Shown: in pieces, positions 22,413 through 36,681 of the stretch
Layout of the letters: each line of letters opens with the position of its first letter
How positions within the stretch are numbered: the stretch's first letter is position 1
Source of the DNA: Parasitella parasitica NRRL 2501
Lineage: Eukaryota; Fungi; Mucoromycota
Direction of reading: 5' to 3'
Assembly (NCBI GenBank): GCA_025201805.1
Contig: MU619256.1
Coordinates: 246,333-310,332, forward strand
DNA length: 64,000 nt
Made by a program: the position numbers and the translations under genes
Notes under the pieces: generated by a model
What the model was told of the DNA's origin: nothing
The model's database searches: none
The model's input: the letters and a program-made list of their open reading frames with translations, nothing else

Positions 22413-23277
22413 GACTATTAATAAAACACTGCTCTAAATATATAACGATAAATGGCTTTTTTTTCTGATGAAACCAGAAATGCCATGGCCCTCTTGACAT
22501 GAAGCAGCTTCCATGCAAGCAGCTCAAGTAATGCAAAGCCTTGCGACAAACAAGAGAAGAAGAAGCCCAAATGGTCGTCGACAAACAAATAAACAAAAAA
22601 AACAAAAAAAACAAAAAAAAGCCGACTTAAAGCCTACCACATATGCAGCACAATTAGAAAGAAACATGATGTTCATCCCACCCAAAGCAATATCCCAAAA
22701 TACGGGATTTTGTGTATAAATATCCACATTCCTATGGAAAAAGGACTAAAATAAATAGGACGGGCTGAACATTCTTGAATAAATAACGTGTGCAATACAA
22801 CTGGATCTTAGTGGTCGAAATCACGATAAACACTCTATCACTCGCTGTATGTGTCAAACAGCATGCAGTGGTAAACAACTGGCACTTGACTTGGTTTGTG
22901 TGGAACGTACACCGTTATTTTAGCTATAGAGTAATGCTCGCACGTGTGTATGATGCTTCTAACAAGTGAAAAACGCAACTTGCCTTGTAGCACAAAGAAA
23001 CTCTATATGGACATCTTGTGAACAACTAAGAAGCATCCAATCAGACTTGTTTTAAAAGTTCATGATGTAGGTTGATTGGCCTCGTTTCCCTTAATTTATA
23101 AAAAGCAAATGGTCCCCCCCCTTAAACAAGCCATTTAGACAAATCCATCAAGAGATAGTAGAGTAAATGGCTGTATATATAATCCTCCTTTTTTTCCGCT
23201 TTCCTCTCTTTCTTTCTTTCTTCTCAACTCTTTCTTAAGCCTGTTACTGTTTCATGTTGATTTAGAGACACTCAATC

Positions 23278-23502
23278 ATGCAAGACATTTTCGACACTCC
23301 TCCACCTTACCAAGCACAGGATGACAGCATCTACATGTCCGACATGGATCTGAACGCATGGCCCTCCAGCTACTATGGCCGAACCCGCAGGATCGACCTG
23401 GCCAAATTCTATCATGACATTTTAAAAGCAAGCGGCCCTGGAGATGTTGCTGCATCAGATCAAGAACAAGCAGAGGATCTTGCATGCATCAATCGCATCA
23501 GC

Positions 23503-23536
<34 letters not shown>

Positions 23537-24174
23537 GCAGCGAAGCATCCGATGGAGAAGACAGTAGCCATATATTACAGCAATTCAGCCAGTGGGATCG
23601 CATTGGCGGTGAACTGACTAGACAAAAGAAGCAAGTTCGATTTTCAGAGGAGCCCCCAATGGTTTATGAATACGAGCCCGAGTATCCCTTGCCTTTGACT
23701 AATAGGGATCATTCACTATTCGATGACGGCTGGCCTGGACGGACCAAGACTGCCATGAAATCATCAGGATTCATCGACTTCAAGTCCAAAATTGAGGCCA
23801 AATTGGGCGCAATCAACGATCCTGCACTCATATCTCAACTCGATTCGAGCAATGCTGATGTCGACGAAAGCTCGCTGCTGTACAATCGTCAGGACTCGCC
23901 TTTATACCGTGGATATTACCGAAACCGCAAAAGCCCTCTTGTAAAGAAACTTAATCTCCGGCCTATTCCTAATGAGCCAAGCTTGATATTTGACACATCG
24001 CCCTCGCCTTCTAATTCATATACAGACTCGCCACTGACACCAAAGGACAACCACCATTTACCCATCCTTTCAATAGGCGAGTCGATCTCCACTACATCGT
24101 CGTCGTCCAATTCGAGTACCACCACAAACATTTGGCTCAAAACTTTGTCGAGAATTAGAAATAGTTCCAAATAA
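23278..24174 (+). CDS. Hypothetical Ser-rich protein with an RVxF (KKQVRF) motif
   Basis: Intronless 298-aa ORF with good start context (atcATGc); TATATATAA at about 23174 and a CT-rich leader. Confidence 0.7.
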
Positions 24175-24488
24175 TGGCAAAAAAAAAACTGTACATAGTA
24201 TCCTATCGTTATCTCTCTCTCTCTCTCTCTCTCTCCCTCCCCCCCCCATATCCATAATCACAGACTTTTCATACAACAATAAAGAAATACATAAAGAAAG
24301 ATATAAAAAGCATAAGCGTAATTAAGCCAATCATCGTCTTTTCTGTTAATTCAAATAAGGCTGTTGTTGTGTTGCTGTCCAAATGAGGAAAGCACATTTT
24401 TTGCAAGTATATTAAACTTGGGATGCAGTGTTGTCCAAGTATCATTTTCTTCTTCTTTTTCATTCTTGTACCATTTCAATCACATACC

Positions 24489-27443
24489 ATGTCAGCCATG
24501 GATCCTCAGTTTTTTCCTACACAACCAACATCATCGTCATCATCATCTGCTGCTGCTGCTGCTGCTGCTGCTGCCACAATGAGCAACGATAGCCCTCCTT
24601 CAACACCAGGCCCCTCTCAACTTAATCTTCAGCAACAGACACAGGCGCAGAATCGACTGTTGAATAGAGTGTCGACGTTGTTTGGCGGTGGTAAAAAGAA
24701 GGCTGCAGACAACGGCGCTTCCTCGTCGTCTACTGCTCCTGCGATACCAGAAAATGATGGCGATGATGCTAGCCTGGCTCCATCTCAAGCAGACTCTGTA
24801 TTCGGCGATGAGAGAAACGACTCTTGCGTCGATTCAATGTACTCTTCCATCCGCTCACGCCGATCAAACTACCCACCTGTGCCAAACCCAAACACACCTC
24901 CTCCGCTAAGAACTGTACAGTTAGACAGCCCAATTGTGCATTTACCCACACCGCCACCCAAAGATCCCCCAAAAAAGACAGCCATCAGACCGACGAGCGC
25001 CTCTTCCTCGACGTCGACCTCCTCAATACCACACACGCCATCCCCCGCAGTAGAACAAAGAAATGAAACGCCATCAGATCCCTCTTTGCAAAAGATCCAG
25101 GACGTCGAAAAGCAATTTGAGCTGTTATTGGCAAGTATTTTTATCTGCTCAAGTACACAATGAAATCCGTATGTTAATTAATTAAACAGAAAGAATACGC
25201 TCCTTCAGCCGACCACATCAGCAGCGTAAACAGCCTGACTATAGAGCAAAAGGAGATGCTCCTTCGCTCCTCAAAGTCGCTAGCGTTGCTCAACAAGAAC
25301 TCGACTTTTTCAAACGTCTTTTCGCTCAAGACTACGTTTGGTATCAAAAACAAAAAGAGCAGAGGCAACAGTGTGGACCAGCAGCAGTTCTTCAACACTG
25401 TCGCCAACAGCCGCTCTTTTGCCAGCGAGGTGGAGTTGGTCAACGGCAATGCTGCCTCTGCAAAGTCTGGAAGCAGCAAGACGAACGACACAACCAAAGC
25501 AAATACAGCGCCTGGACGGTATATTCGCACCAGAGTCGCCCTGCCCCGTCTTGGAAGCAGCAACTCCATCAAGTCGCATGGCAAAAATACATCCAGAAGC
25601 AAATGGAAGTCTACGCCAGAGTATTTCGTCCACATGTTGCAAGAAACGCCAGCGAGAGAGTTGGAGGACTCTGAAGTGCTTGACCTGCGTGTCTTTTTAC
25701 GCAGTGTCGTTGTCAGGTGAGTCGTTGTGAGAGTGTTGCTACATAACCCTCGCATCATGTGTTAATGCTCCATGTTTGTTTAGTTGGACGAGCGAGTTTC
25801 TGGACAAAGGCGGCTACCAAGCAATCGCAGACCTTTTCAGACAGATGAAAGAAAAACCTAAACGATCGCCAAAGGACGACAGATATTCACAAGACCAGAA
25901 GGATAATAGGATTTTGGAGCATCTTGGTAAATGTCTCAAGACAATCATGACGCATCAGGTAAAAAAAAAAAAATAAGGCCTATTGTTGTTTATTGGCTGG
26001 TGTATTCTAATACGTTTTTTTTCTAATGCCCAGTCCAAAGGCACTCAGATTGTGCTGACTGACCCAAGCGCCCTCTGCCATATTCGAGACATTTTGTTTG
26101 GCCCTGCCAGCAAGAAGCAAAAGCAAGTGTCGGGGCTGGAGATCAGCACAAAAAGCCTGCTGCTAAACTTGATGTGTACGTTGGCTACTATTCAAACTAC
26201 TCGCACCTGTGAGACAGAGTATGTCCATGGCTACGATGTGCTCCGCCGCTTGTTGCTGGATCGTCCCAGCGACACTGCCTCCAGCGACGAGGACGACAAA
26301 AAGAGCCAGCCCAAACACATCTCGCCATTCCCCACCACTCTCAAGACGGATCCTCAGGAAATCCTGCAAATGATCATGGAAAACGACCCGAATGGATCAA
26401 CTATTGGCAGAGAGTACGAATGGAACAGAGACGAGCTCAAACCTCGCTACACTTCGTGGATGAGGGAGCTCGAATGCACGGTAGAGAAACACATTGAAAA
26501 AATCACGTTTTTGGCCAACGTATTCGGCTACCCCTTCCAAAGCGCCTACCGTCAAATCCACGCAAGACAGACTGGTGGTGCTGACCCTTCTCGTAGTGGC
26601 TCCGGGGAGTCTGGTGCTGTCATGACAGAAGAAGGCGTCGTCGATTACATCATTACCCACTTGCGTCTTATTCGCACCATAGTTACCACTCAGCCTACCA
26701 GTTACACGGGCAACTATGACGAACGTGAGCAAGAAAAAATGCGACTGGAACTGATGCTCTCAGGCTTTGACAAAATCTCCAAGGTTTGTTTGCATGTGGC
26801 ACGGCATTTCTGTGTGTATCCAACTGACATGTTTTGTTTATTTTTTCCTTTTTACTAGGTCTTGATCCAGTGTCCTCATCCTCTAGTGCACTCGTCCTAC
26901 ATCAACTATCTGAAGCCTCTCTTGAACCCATGCGCCGATCTATCCGCTCCTAGTGGATCCACTGCTAATCCAGATGATTTACTTCCTCCGCCTCTACCTG
27001 CGCGCAACCAGCAGCCTGCTGCCATCGCTTCTGATGCTGCCATCACCGCCGACAGCAACGAGGACGATGAAAATGATTACGAGATTTTGGTTTATGCAGA
27101 CAACGACTTGAACGAGCCTCTTCAGCATCATCTTTCTCCAAGACGCCAACAGCAGCTGCACGAACAAGCAGAGGAGGGACCCGCAGTCGTAACCCAGTGG
27201 GGATTTGCGTCAGATCCTGATTATGACCAAGTATTTTACGATGATGACGAGTATCTCGATGACCATTTCAACACGGATGACGAGTATGAGGATGGCGATC
27301 AGTCCAACATTTCTGGGAGTCGTCTCGAATGCGCTTCTCACAGCGAAGAAAACGATTCTATTTACAGTGCTCATGACAGACAGCACTTTACCACTTCATC
27401 CACAAAGATCGTTGACCTCGGCGCAACCTCCCAGCACTCGTAA
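24489..27443 (+). CDS. Formin-type GTPase-binding (GBD/FH3, armadillo) protein lacking FH2; Rid1-like; 5 exons
   Basis: VEKQFELLL/KEYAP...SLTIEQKEMLL; STPEYFVHML; LDLRVFLRSVVV/SWTSEFLDKGGY match the Drf_GBD pattern. The C-terminus is acidic and disordered, with no FH2. Confidence 0.75.
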
Positions 27444-29276
27444 AAAGAAAAAAGAAAAAAAAAAGACTAGTGTCATATATACCTTTCCCTTTCTGTCTAT
27501 TACCCATTCTTTATGTCTCTATCTATCTTGTATAGTTTTACATACATTTCTTATATATCATCCCTTTTTCTTTTTTTTTTATCAAATAAATCATTTACAT
27601 ATCAGAGACATCATATCATAAACTATCCAGAGAAACCAAAAGAGAGGGAGGGGGTAAGGTATTAATGTCTGATGGCGAACCAGTAGAGTGCGCTGTATCT
27701 ATCATGCTTTCTTTTCAAACAAGAGGTATTTTGAGCCAAAGAAAGCTTAAGCGGTGTTGCATTGCATGTGTGCATGACCTGCTATCGATACATGTCATTA
27801 TAACAAATCGGCATGAAAACAATCCTTGTATTTAGTATATAGTATTCAAGGAGGCTGTGCATTCAGACATTTTGCATTTTGCATTTTGCATTTTTAAATT
27901 TACAGGTGCACGTGACAAGTTTTGAAGCCAATCAATCTTTGGTCAAGCAGACAATGGTCGAGGGATGATTGGGTTGTGTGCCATGTATTGACATGCGGAG
28001 GGCTCTCGAAAAGCTAAATATAGGCAAGCAATTCATTGTCAATTAGTCTGATTCAAGCAATATAATATCTTGCATTTGATCACTTGTTTTTGAGTTGTTG
28101 CATCATCGTCATCATCACCTGCAACTGTAGTAGAAGCACATAGTAGAGGCCGCAGAAACAAGAGATTAATGAAACGACAAAAAATGATTTTCTTTCAAGG
28201 CCAAGGTTAGTCGGTTGACTGTTCTCGCTTTCAATGGAAGGAAATATGGGCAACTGAAGAAGATGCATAATAATGACAATTTAAAAACTAAAGGCAGTTT
28301 CGATAAGTGCATCTTGATTATATTTAAGTATGTGTTTCAATCGCATTGGAAGCTGTGTGGTAGTATTGTTAATATAGACTAAAACAGAAATTTACCCCGT
28401 ATGCATTTTACGGCTTTCTTCAACTATTGTCAATGGCTAGTGCTTTTCAAATAGCTTTTCGAAACATCCTCGTATTGAATTCTCTTTATGAGGCAGAATT
28501 TATCCTGCCACCTTGATTGATAGATTAGGTTTTTTTTTTTTTTTTTTTGGCATCATTAGATAAGCACTGGAATCGATTAAACAAGATTCATGTAAAGCGG
28601 ATACTCTATCAACAGTACGTTTTTTTTAGTACTTCCATGATGACAAATGGCAGCAGCAGTAATATAGATCATCTATTTTTTTTGATTGCCCACTATGGTT
28701 GTTGTTGTATTTTCATGTTCACATGACCCTCCATGAATATTTTGTTTGAAAGACGTGGACGGACATCATCATCAAGTAAGCATTCGAACTGGTACCTTTG
28801 AATAAGCTTAGACAGGTAGCCTTGCACCGAAGTTTCTGTGTAGACTGTAAATCAAGGTCTTCAAGGCCATCAATAGCAAATAATATAACAGTTATACAGG
28901 AGGTTAATTCAGTCAACATGCATTATATAAGAATGATTCCATCAAGTAAGTAGTCAGTCGTCAGGGAAAAAAATGCCAATTATGAAAATCAAGAAGGGGG
29001 TTTTTTTTTATATTTTATAGATATAGTATAAATGTACGGGATGTAGGTGTGTATATAATATAAGTAGTGTTTGCAAAGAGCAGACACTGTTGATATCATC
29101 TGGTTCAGATCCATAGTGGGGATATGCTCTTTGACATGTTCTTTTTTTTTTTTTTAATGTGTCAACTTGTTCGATTGCCCTATCGACATGTTATTTAGTA
29201 AGCTTTGGACAACTAAAAGGAAGAAAGAAAAAAAAAAGAAAAAAGAAAACATAGGTCAGTAAAGCAATTAGATCAG

Positions 29277-32200
29277 TCAAACCATGTCAACAAACTTACT
29301 AACTGTTTCGTCAGCAGAAGAATGGCTTAATGAGAAAAGAGCAGGGAATTCTAAAGGCTTGTCTATACCGTTTGTTGCAGTTGTAATCGCTGTGGTAGAT
29401 GAAGATGTGCAAGGTGTTGTCGCAGCAGAAGATGAAACGGCAGCGGCAGCTAATGTAGGGGTTGAGACAGATGTGGATAATGCAAATTGAACGGCAGCAG
29501 AAGAAGACGAGGCTAATCCGCTTGTACCGGTCGTGGTTGCCGTAGCTGACGGATAGATCAATGGTGGCGGTGGATTTTGGGTATGAATACTGTAATTGTT
29601 AACTTGAAAAGGTAAATTGGCAGTCTTTTTGGGCGAAGAGGAATCCAACATGATGTCAGGCATAGACTGACTCGAGTGCATTGAACTGTTGTTGCTGCCT
29701 GTTGAAGTAGATGAGGTAGGGACAACATAGGCATTATTAAATTCGGGTTTGTTGCCGAGAGGTTGATAAAATCCACTATTGCCATTGTGATGGTGAAGAT
29801 TATGGCTGCTATGGTGATCCATCGAATACAGCATGGAATGCTGCGATTTAGAGTCGGAAAAACCTGATAAGGGAGGGCTGCCAACATAGCCATTCAGGGA
29901 GACCTGCTGAGGCGGGTTAGACCATATGTCTAAACCGTTTTGACTGGTACTGCTGGTAGGAGGCCCCCCACGAAAGCTCAGAGGAGACACCACGGAAATA
30001 GAAGCGGGTCGAGGTGGCTTGTTTGCCTCTGGAGAATCAAAAATCGCACGAATGTTTTCAACAGTCTTAGGCGAGTTCATATCTCTAAAGTTTTTCCAAG
30101 AAGCATCAAACGCATTTCCGCCGGTTGAACTAGGATAATCAAACAGCGAATAGCTCTTTAAACCACTATTCATTCCTGACAATGGCGGAGGTGAAAAGTC
30201 GTTCAATAGCGAGGACGAGGAAGATGGTGTGGGAGATACCAAATCTGACGGTAATGCCGATGGCATCATTTTGCTATCGAATGCAACCGCAGTAGAGAAA
30301 GGGTAATTGATTGAGTTTGGTACCGGATTACCACAAGCGGAAGCAGCAACAGCAGAGGTAGTGGTGCGCGCAGCATGTCGAACAATTGAGCTATCTTCGT
30401 ACAAATTCACCTGTTGGCTCTTGAGGTAGCTGATCAAAATTTCCAAAGTGACATTCAAACAATCCAGGTTTCCCTTTGTCATTTTGTACACAATGACTCG
30501 GTCACTTTCGTTTTCGTGCTCTCGGTGCTTCTTGGGCTTCAGCTCCACAGTGACATGGTAATCGGTGGCAATACGTTGAACAACCTCTTTGTACGACTCA
30601 GATTCCAAAACTGTGTTCAAATGAGTCGAGTATGGTAAATGCACATGATACTCTTCGGGCACAACTGCTCTGACCATCTGGACAGCCAAACACACTTGCG
30701 ATTCAGGGCCAACCAGTGTCAACGAATCGCTTGCTGCTTCATTGTCAGGCCAAATCAAGTGTGTGTTGGTTTTCTTGGTCATCTCAGCAAAATAAGCGGC
30801 TTGATCATGGATCAGCGTACGATGCAACCAGAAAGGAACGTCAAACAGCGTCTGCTCGATACAGTCTCGATCCTTGGGGTTGATTAGATCCATTACAGCA
30901 TGCCGCAAGTTTTCCAGGTTAACTTGGTTCTTCATTGGCGTTCTCGCCACCACATTGTCTTCGTTGTCGTAGTAGCCGCCCAAAGCAGCAAACTCCTCGG
31001 CATTTGAGAATTTCACATAGACGCCGTATTTCTTCATGATGCGTTGGATGTTTTTGCCACCAACGCCAATGATCCGTTTGTGATACACCTCTGGTACATA
31101 GAACGATATCTCTGCAGGCAATTCCTCTTGCAACAAAGTGAGCCCATCCAATGCCTTATTAAAGTTGTTGCTCTCGACCTCGATGATAAAGTTGTATTCG
31201 CTGAACGGCACAAATTTGATCTTTGCACCAGACGTCTTCATGATTTTGTTGATTTTTCCACTCTTTTTCCCGCTAATAAACTCGCGCTGCTCGTTCGACA
31301 GCTCGACATTGAATACGGTGCTTTGGTGAAAGATCTTCAAGAACGACATGTCATGCAAGCGCTGGTATACATGGCGAATAGCTCTTTCTGTGCCGTAGGC
31401 TTCAATACAGCCAGAATCTGCTTTGTAAGCAACTTCAGCGCCCGAAATTTGCGATAGTTGGGAGACCAGAGCTGCGATGTTTACACTCGAGTTGAAAAAC
31501 GTATGGGCTGCTGCTTCCGCGCCATAAATAGCACCATCGCGATTAAAATAGAAACATGCTTCGTAGATGCAACAGGCCTAACGATTTATTAAAAGGTTAG
31601 CACGTTTTACTCCCCAAGTATGGAATCATGTTGTTGTTGCTGCTTACCAAAAAATGGAGGGAGCGAAGAGTGCGCTCGGCATTCACTCTACTTTCAGCAT
31701 AGACAGTAACGACATTTCCCCCAGACCCCATTTTTGGAAATGATACAAATGAGCCGTTATCTCTCATTATTTTCCTTAGATCGCTTCTGCGATGTAACAG
31801 CATCCAGTCTAATTTTCTAGGGTGCAAAACAGCGTCTTTATGGTACATAGACTGAGCCTTTTTGTCATGTTAGTTTTCTGAAAAAAAAAAAAAAAAAAAA
31901 AAAAGTTTACATTTACCTTTTGTGTAGCTAATTTCGTCAACATGTCTTTCACGCGTGCGACATTGCTTGATTCTCCAGTGACATAAATTGGAGGAGAATA
32001 TTCGTCATTAGACTTTTCAAAAATAAATGGAGATGGAAAGTAAATCGATGTAGCTGTTTCTTCTAAAATTGCTTGAAGGCCAGTACGCTTCCTTCCACAA
32101 ATCAAATAATGTAATTTGTAAGGGATTTCAACAGTATCTACATCTAATTGTGACTATAGCGAATGGTATGAGTGGAAAATGAGAGCTGAATAAAACACAT

Positions 32201-32650
32201 GAGACCCACCATTTTATCTAACATGACAAGTGTATGAACTCGAGCGAGATCAGCATTGTCGGGTATACCAGTTATAAGAATATTCACAGTATTTTGAAAG
32301 GCAAAGGACGATTGTGGGATAGGTTCAGTGATTGAGATAGATGTACTTGTTTCGTTTGCAATTTTTTCGCATTCGACTCGAAGTTTTGTACAGTCTTGAT
32401 CAGGGATTTTCAAGTTGAGATGAGTCTATAGTGCCAAGCAGTTAAAAAATTTTCATGTGCCAAAAAAAAATAAAAATAAAAAAAAAATTACTTTTGTAGG
32501 ATATAAATTCAAAATCTCGGTTCTACTTGCCATGACATTCTCTTGTGGACCTGTTAAAGTGAGATTTGTACCCTCTACAACTATTTGACAGGTCAAAGAA
32601 GCAGGCAGTTTGTCTGCTTGTCCAAAACAAAATGAAAAAGCACAGGTCAT
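29277..32650 (-). CDS. Multi-KH-domain RNA-binding protein (Mug60/Khd4/YLL032C-like) with Ser-rich tail; about 5 exons
   Basis: GxxG-type loops ICGRKR, FISGKKSGKINKIMK and HKRIIGVGGKNIQRIMKKYGVYVKF; DNVVARTPMKN; start MTCAFSFCF. Confidence 0.88.
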
Positions 32651-33936
32651 GATTGATTTCGTAATAATATAGCAAATGTTGTGATGGTATCTTTTTTTTT
32701 TTTTTTTCGTAATTGTATTGTTTCTTCCTGTATCTGGAATTCCTCTTTCTTTTTCTTTTTCTCTTTCTGCTTTTTTTCTCTGATGTAAAGTGGGTAAATA
32801 TCTAATCAATATAAATCTGTGTAAAAAGTATAGTTTATACTAATATACAAAAATATATTCAATAGATGTTGTGTATAAAATGAATTAGAAAAAAAAAGGT
32901 TAAAAAAAAAAAGAAGAAAAAAAGGGGGATGGATGATATAAGAAATGAAATAGAAAGTTAAGAAACAGTTATAAGAGAAAAGAATGCACTTTTTTTTTAT
33001 ACAGGAAATCAAACGAGAAAAAAAGAAAAAGGAAAGGAAAGGAAAGGATGTTACCGTACAAAAAATCAAGGCCTTTTTAATTTAGCTATTATCAAAACGA
33101 GATGTAGAACCAAAATCTTGTCTAGAATTGAAAAAACTAGTTGTAATTCACGACAGAAATCTCAATTGAAATCGTTGTTGGATTATCTTGTCCATCATTT
33201 AGTGCTCTTTGGTTGCGTTCGGTTGATTAAATGTAGAAGAGAGACCCCCTTGTAGCAATTGTTGCGTACTTATTGGCTATGTTTCGAACAGTTGAGCCTC
33301 TCTCTCCCCTTTGCAGTCACCAAAGACGAAAAGTTTTCTCAAAAACTATAAACTCGTAACAAACAGCATGATGATTATGTACCAAAAAGCATGCACAAGT
33401 AGACAGGAACCCAAACAAACCTTCATCTTTTAATATAAACTTAAAAAGTAGTATTTATAAACAATCATCTACTGAAAATATAAACTCCATTTCGTACCAA
33501 TGTTAGTAGCAGATTGTTTTTGTATACTCAGATTTGATACGGTATCATTCAATAGATGATGGCAAATCTCGATCTACTGCGGTTCCCATAGCAACGGTAT
33601 TTGGTTGCCAATGACAATAAGAGTAATTGACAGCAGCAATTTAAAATATTCAGATATAGGGATTCAGCTTTCGACTTTATTCAAACGCTTCATAAATGGT
33701 TTTGTTTTTGTCATTTGACATTCATATTACAAAACTCGTCGTCAATGTTTCGCGCAGGCTAATATTTCCTATTTGTAAATGTATCCCTTTTTTATTTTTT
33801 TTTAACCCAATCAGATTTCCATCATAAATGTAGTGATTGTGTGCGTATGGCACTGTCCACAATAAAAATATTCCATTTCTTTCTTTCGTCTCCTCTTCAC
33901 AGTAACAACAACAACAAAAACGTATATATTGCAACA

Positions 33937-35217
33937 ATGTCAGACATGTCAGACGACGATTTCCAGCCTCTCGAGCCCACCCTTCAAAATGTGTTGGATC
34001 AAAACTCTCTTCATTGGATTTTTGTCGGTGGTAAAGGAGGTGTAGGTATGTGATATTCAAGTATTTCTNNNNNNNNNNAAAAAAAAAAAAAAAAAAAAAG
34101 GCAAATGACTAAGGAAATAAAACTAGGCAAAACAACCACTTCATGCTCTTTGGCTGTTCAGCTTTCCAAAGTTCGTGAGTCAGTCCTGTTGATCTCTACC
34201 GACCCTGCTCACAATCTTTCTGACGCGTTTGGCCAAAAATTCTCCAAGGAAGCTACTGTCGTCAATGGTTTTGATAACTTATACGCCATGGTAATATACC
34301 GGATGTGTTGAAGGCTAATTTTCATTCCTACTCATGTTTCTGTACCTCAGGAAATCGATCCTACTTCGAGTATCCAGGAGATGGTTGAGCAATGTAAGTG
34401 GGGAAAGAGATGGTTACATACAGATGTATTCAAATCGATGCGATAAATTACATTAATAGCTGATCAGAATAACCCAATGGGTGGAATGATGCAGGATTTA
34501 GCCTATGCTATTCCTGGCGTGGACGAGGCAATGGGTTTTGCCGAAGTCATGAAGCAAGTAAAGACCATGTCATACTCTGTCGTCGTTTTCGACACTGCAC
34601 CAACAGGTCATACTCTTCGCTTCTTGTCCTTCCCCACGGTCCTCGAGAAGGCCCTGGCAAAAATCAGTGGGCTCAGTAGCCGTTTTGGACCTATGGTCCA
34701 ACAAGTTTCAGGTATGATGGGTATGAATGCCAACCAAGAGGACATGTTTTCAAAATTGGAGGAGATGCGTTCTGTTATTACCGAGGTCAACAATCAATTC
34801 AAGGATCCCGTAAGTCGTATATACAAATATCGTTACAAAGGGAAGGCTTTAATATGGGTCATATATTAGAATACTACCACCTTTATTTGTGTCTGTATTT
34901 CCGAGTTCTTGTCTCTGTACGAAACTGAACGTATGATTCAAGAATTAACCTCATATCACATTGATACACACAATATCGTTGTCAACCAATTGCTATTCCC
35001 CAAAGAAGGTTCAAATTGTGAGCACTGTACTGTCAGAAACAAGATGCAACAAAAGTACCTGGACCAGATTTATGATCTTTATGAGGACTTCCATATTGTT
35101 CGCATGCCCCTATTAACAAAGGAAGTCCGTGGTGTTGAGGAGATCAAGGAATTTTCAAAGATGTTGGTAGAGCCCTTCCAACCGCCACAATCAACCAACC
35201 AGAATAAAACTGAATAA
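33937..35217 (+). CDS. GET3: Get3/ASNA1 ATPase for tail-anchored protein insertion; 5 exons
   Basis: [29 protein letters not shown]; [13 protein letters not shown]; IPGVDEA; [13 protein letters not shown]; [10 protein letters not shown]; CEHC. Confidence 0.97.
34069..34078. other. Assembly gap (10 N) next to a poly-A run
   Basis: Run of n inside GET3 intron 1. Confidence 1.
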
Positions 35218-35640
35218 ATGAAGAATAGAAAGACATTTACCCTTTCATATAAATTGTACACTATTATTGCTCTTTCTTTTCTTTGTTTTTTTTGTTTTTT
35301 TTTTTTGTGTCAGTGTGCTATTATGCATCTGTAATGTAGCTATTCACACAACATTGCTGTAGTGTCTGCAGCCACAATTGGGACGATCAGTTTAGGTTAA
35401 GATACTTTAAAATATCCTCAATATTTTGTACTATGCGTATATAATATCTCTTCTTAAGTGTATAAATATGATTATTATTCGTATTCAATGCGCATTATTC
35501 TTTTCATAATACGTCTAAATAAATATTATCCCAGACATTGCAAATATCAGAACACTCAAGCATGATACTACTTTTGGGAACTTGGCGTAGCAGTTTCCAA
35601 GTTCTCCTGTATAGTGTCCAGCCTCTGTTAACCACACAGT

Positions 35641-35668
35641 CGTCAGCCGTCAGCCGTCAGCCGTCAGC
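35641..35668 (+). repeat. Perfect tandem repeat (CGTCAGC)4
   Basis: cgtcagc cgtcagc cgtcagc cgtcagc. Confidence 0.9.
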
Positions 35669-36681
35669 GAAACCTGATTAAAAGCCCGACGCATTTTGTA
35701 GAAATGGGTTATCTTTTTCATGTTTGTTTTGGCCAACTGAGACCATGATTTGACAGTTTCTCACGAATATCTCGGCATTTTATTAACAAAATTTATGTTG
35801 TGATTTAAACGCTATTTGCGTAGAACTAGACTTCAAATCAAATGGCACAACTTTTAGAAGACTCTTCCTCCAAAATATTGCGCAATTTGCATATTCAATA
35901 AAACGCTTTTTTCGACAAAACCTCAAAATTTTGCATAGTTTATACCTAAAAATAGCAGTTGTATGTAAATATTCGATGCTCTAGGATCATTTTCGATTAA
36001 TATATGCTATAGTGAAAAACTTCGTTTTCGGGATCAAAACGCCATGGAAAGAAAATCCATGATCTTTTCCTTGTGTTTACAAGGGAAAAATGGTCAAAAT
36101 TGATTGATTTTACATCGAACAATTTTTTTTGTGCAAATGCATCAGGTTTTAACTACGTGTTCTGAGGAGTCATTTGATGCGGTTTTGGGCATTTAAATAG
36201 GTGGGAAAGGTTGTTAATTATGCCATCAAAGATACGAAAAATACCTGTTCGTACGTTTTACAGCATCATTTTACTTGAATTAGGGTTTTTATTTAAAGCT
36301 ATTATTCATCTGTAAAGATGTGTCATCGTAATCAATGTACAATGATAATGCGTGTTGATCCAAAAAAAAAAAAAGATATCAAAAATTTAACTATTTTTCT
36401 GCAAAAAAATATCAAGTAATGCACCTTGAGAATCGGTAAAGTACCTTTGTTTTATCACATACGCTTCGAGCTGCTATGTATGCTGTAGAGCCTTTTAGTG
36501 CTTGCGTTTTAGCGGGTCTGCCCAAAGCAAACAACAAATTTGATAGGCCTTGAATAAATTGGTTTGCAACCAATAAGGCTGTTACAGTACCTTTTTTTTA
36601 TAAGCCTTCCACTCACCTTCCCCCCCCCCCCCTCCTCCTCCTCCTCCTTCTTTTTCTTTTTAAAGATTTTCTCATTATAGC

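Noticed and set aside
22513-22719. Basic 68-aa ORF after SNF2 as a possible extra exon
   Set aside because: Lys richness comes from A-runs; no bromodomain similarity or good splice path.
28700-28920. Short minus-strand coding-like fragment
   Set aside because: Needs a frameshift and has no recognisable motif; may be KH-gene 3' flank.
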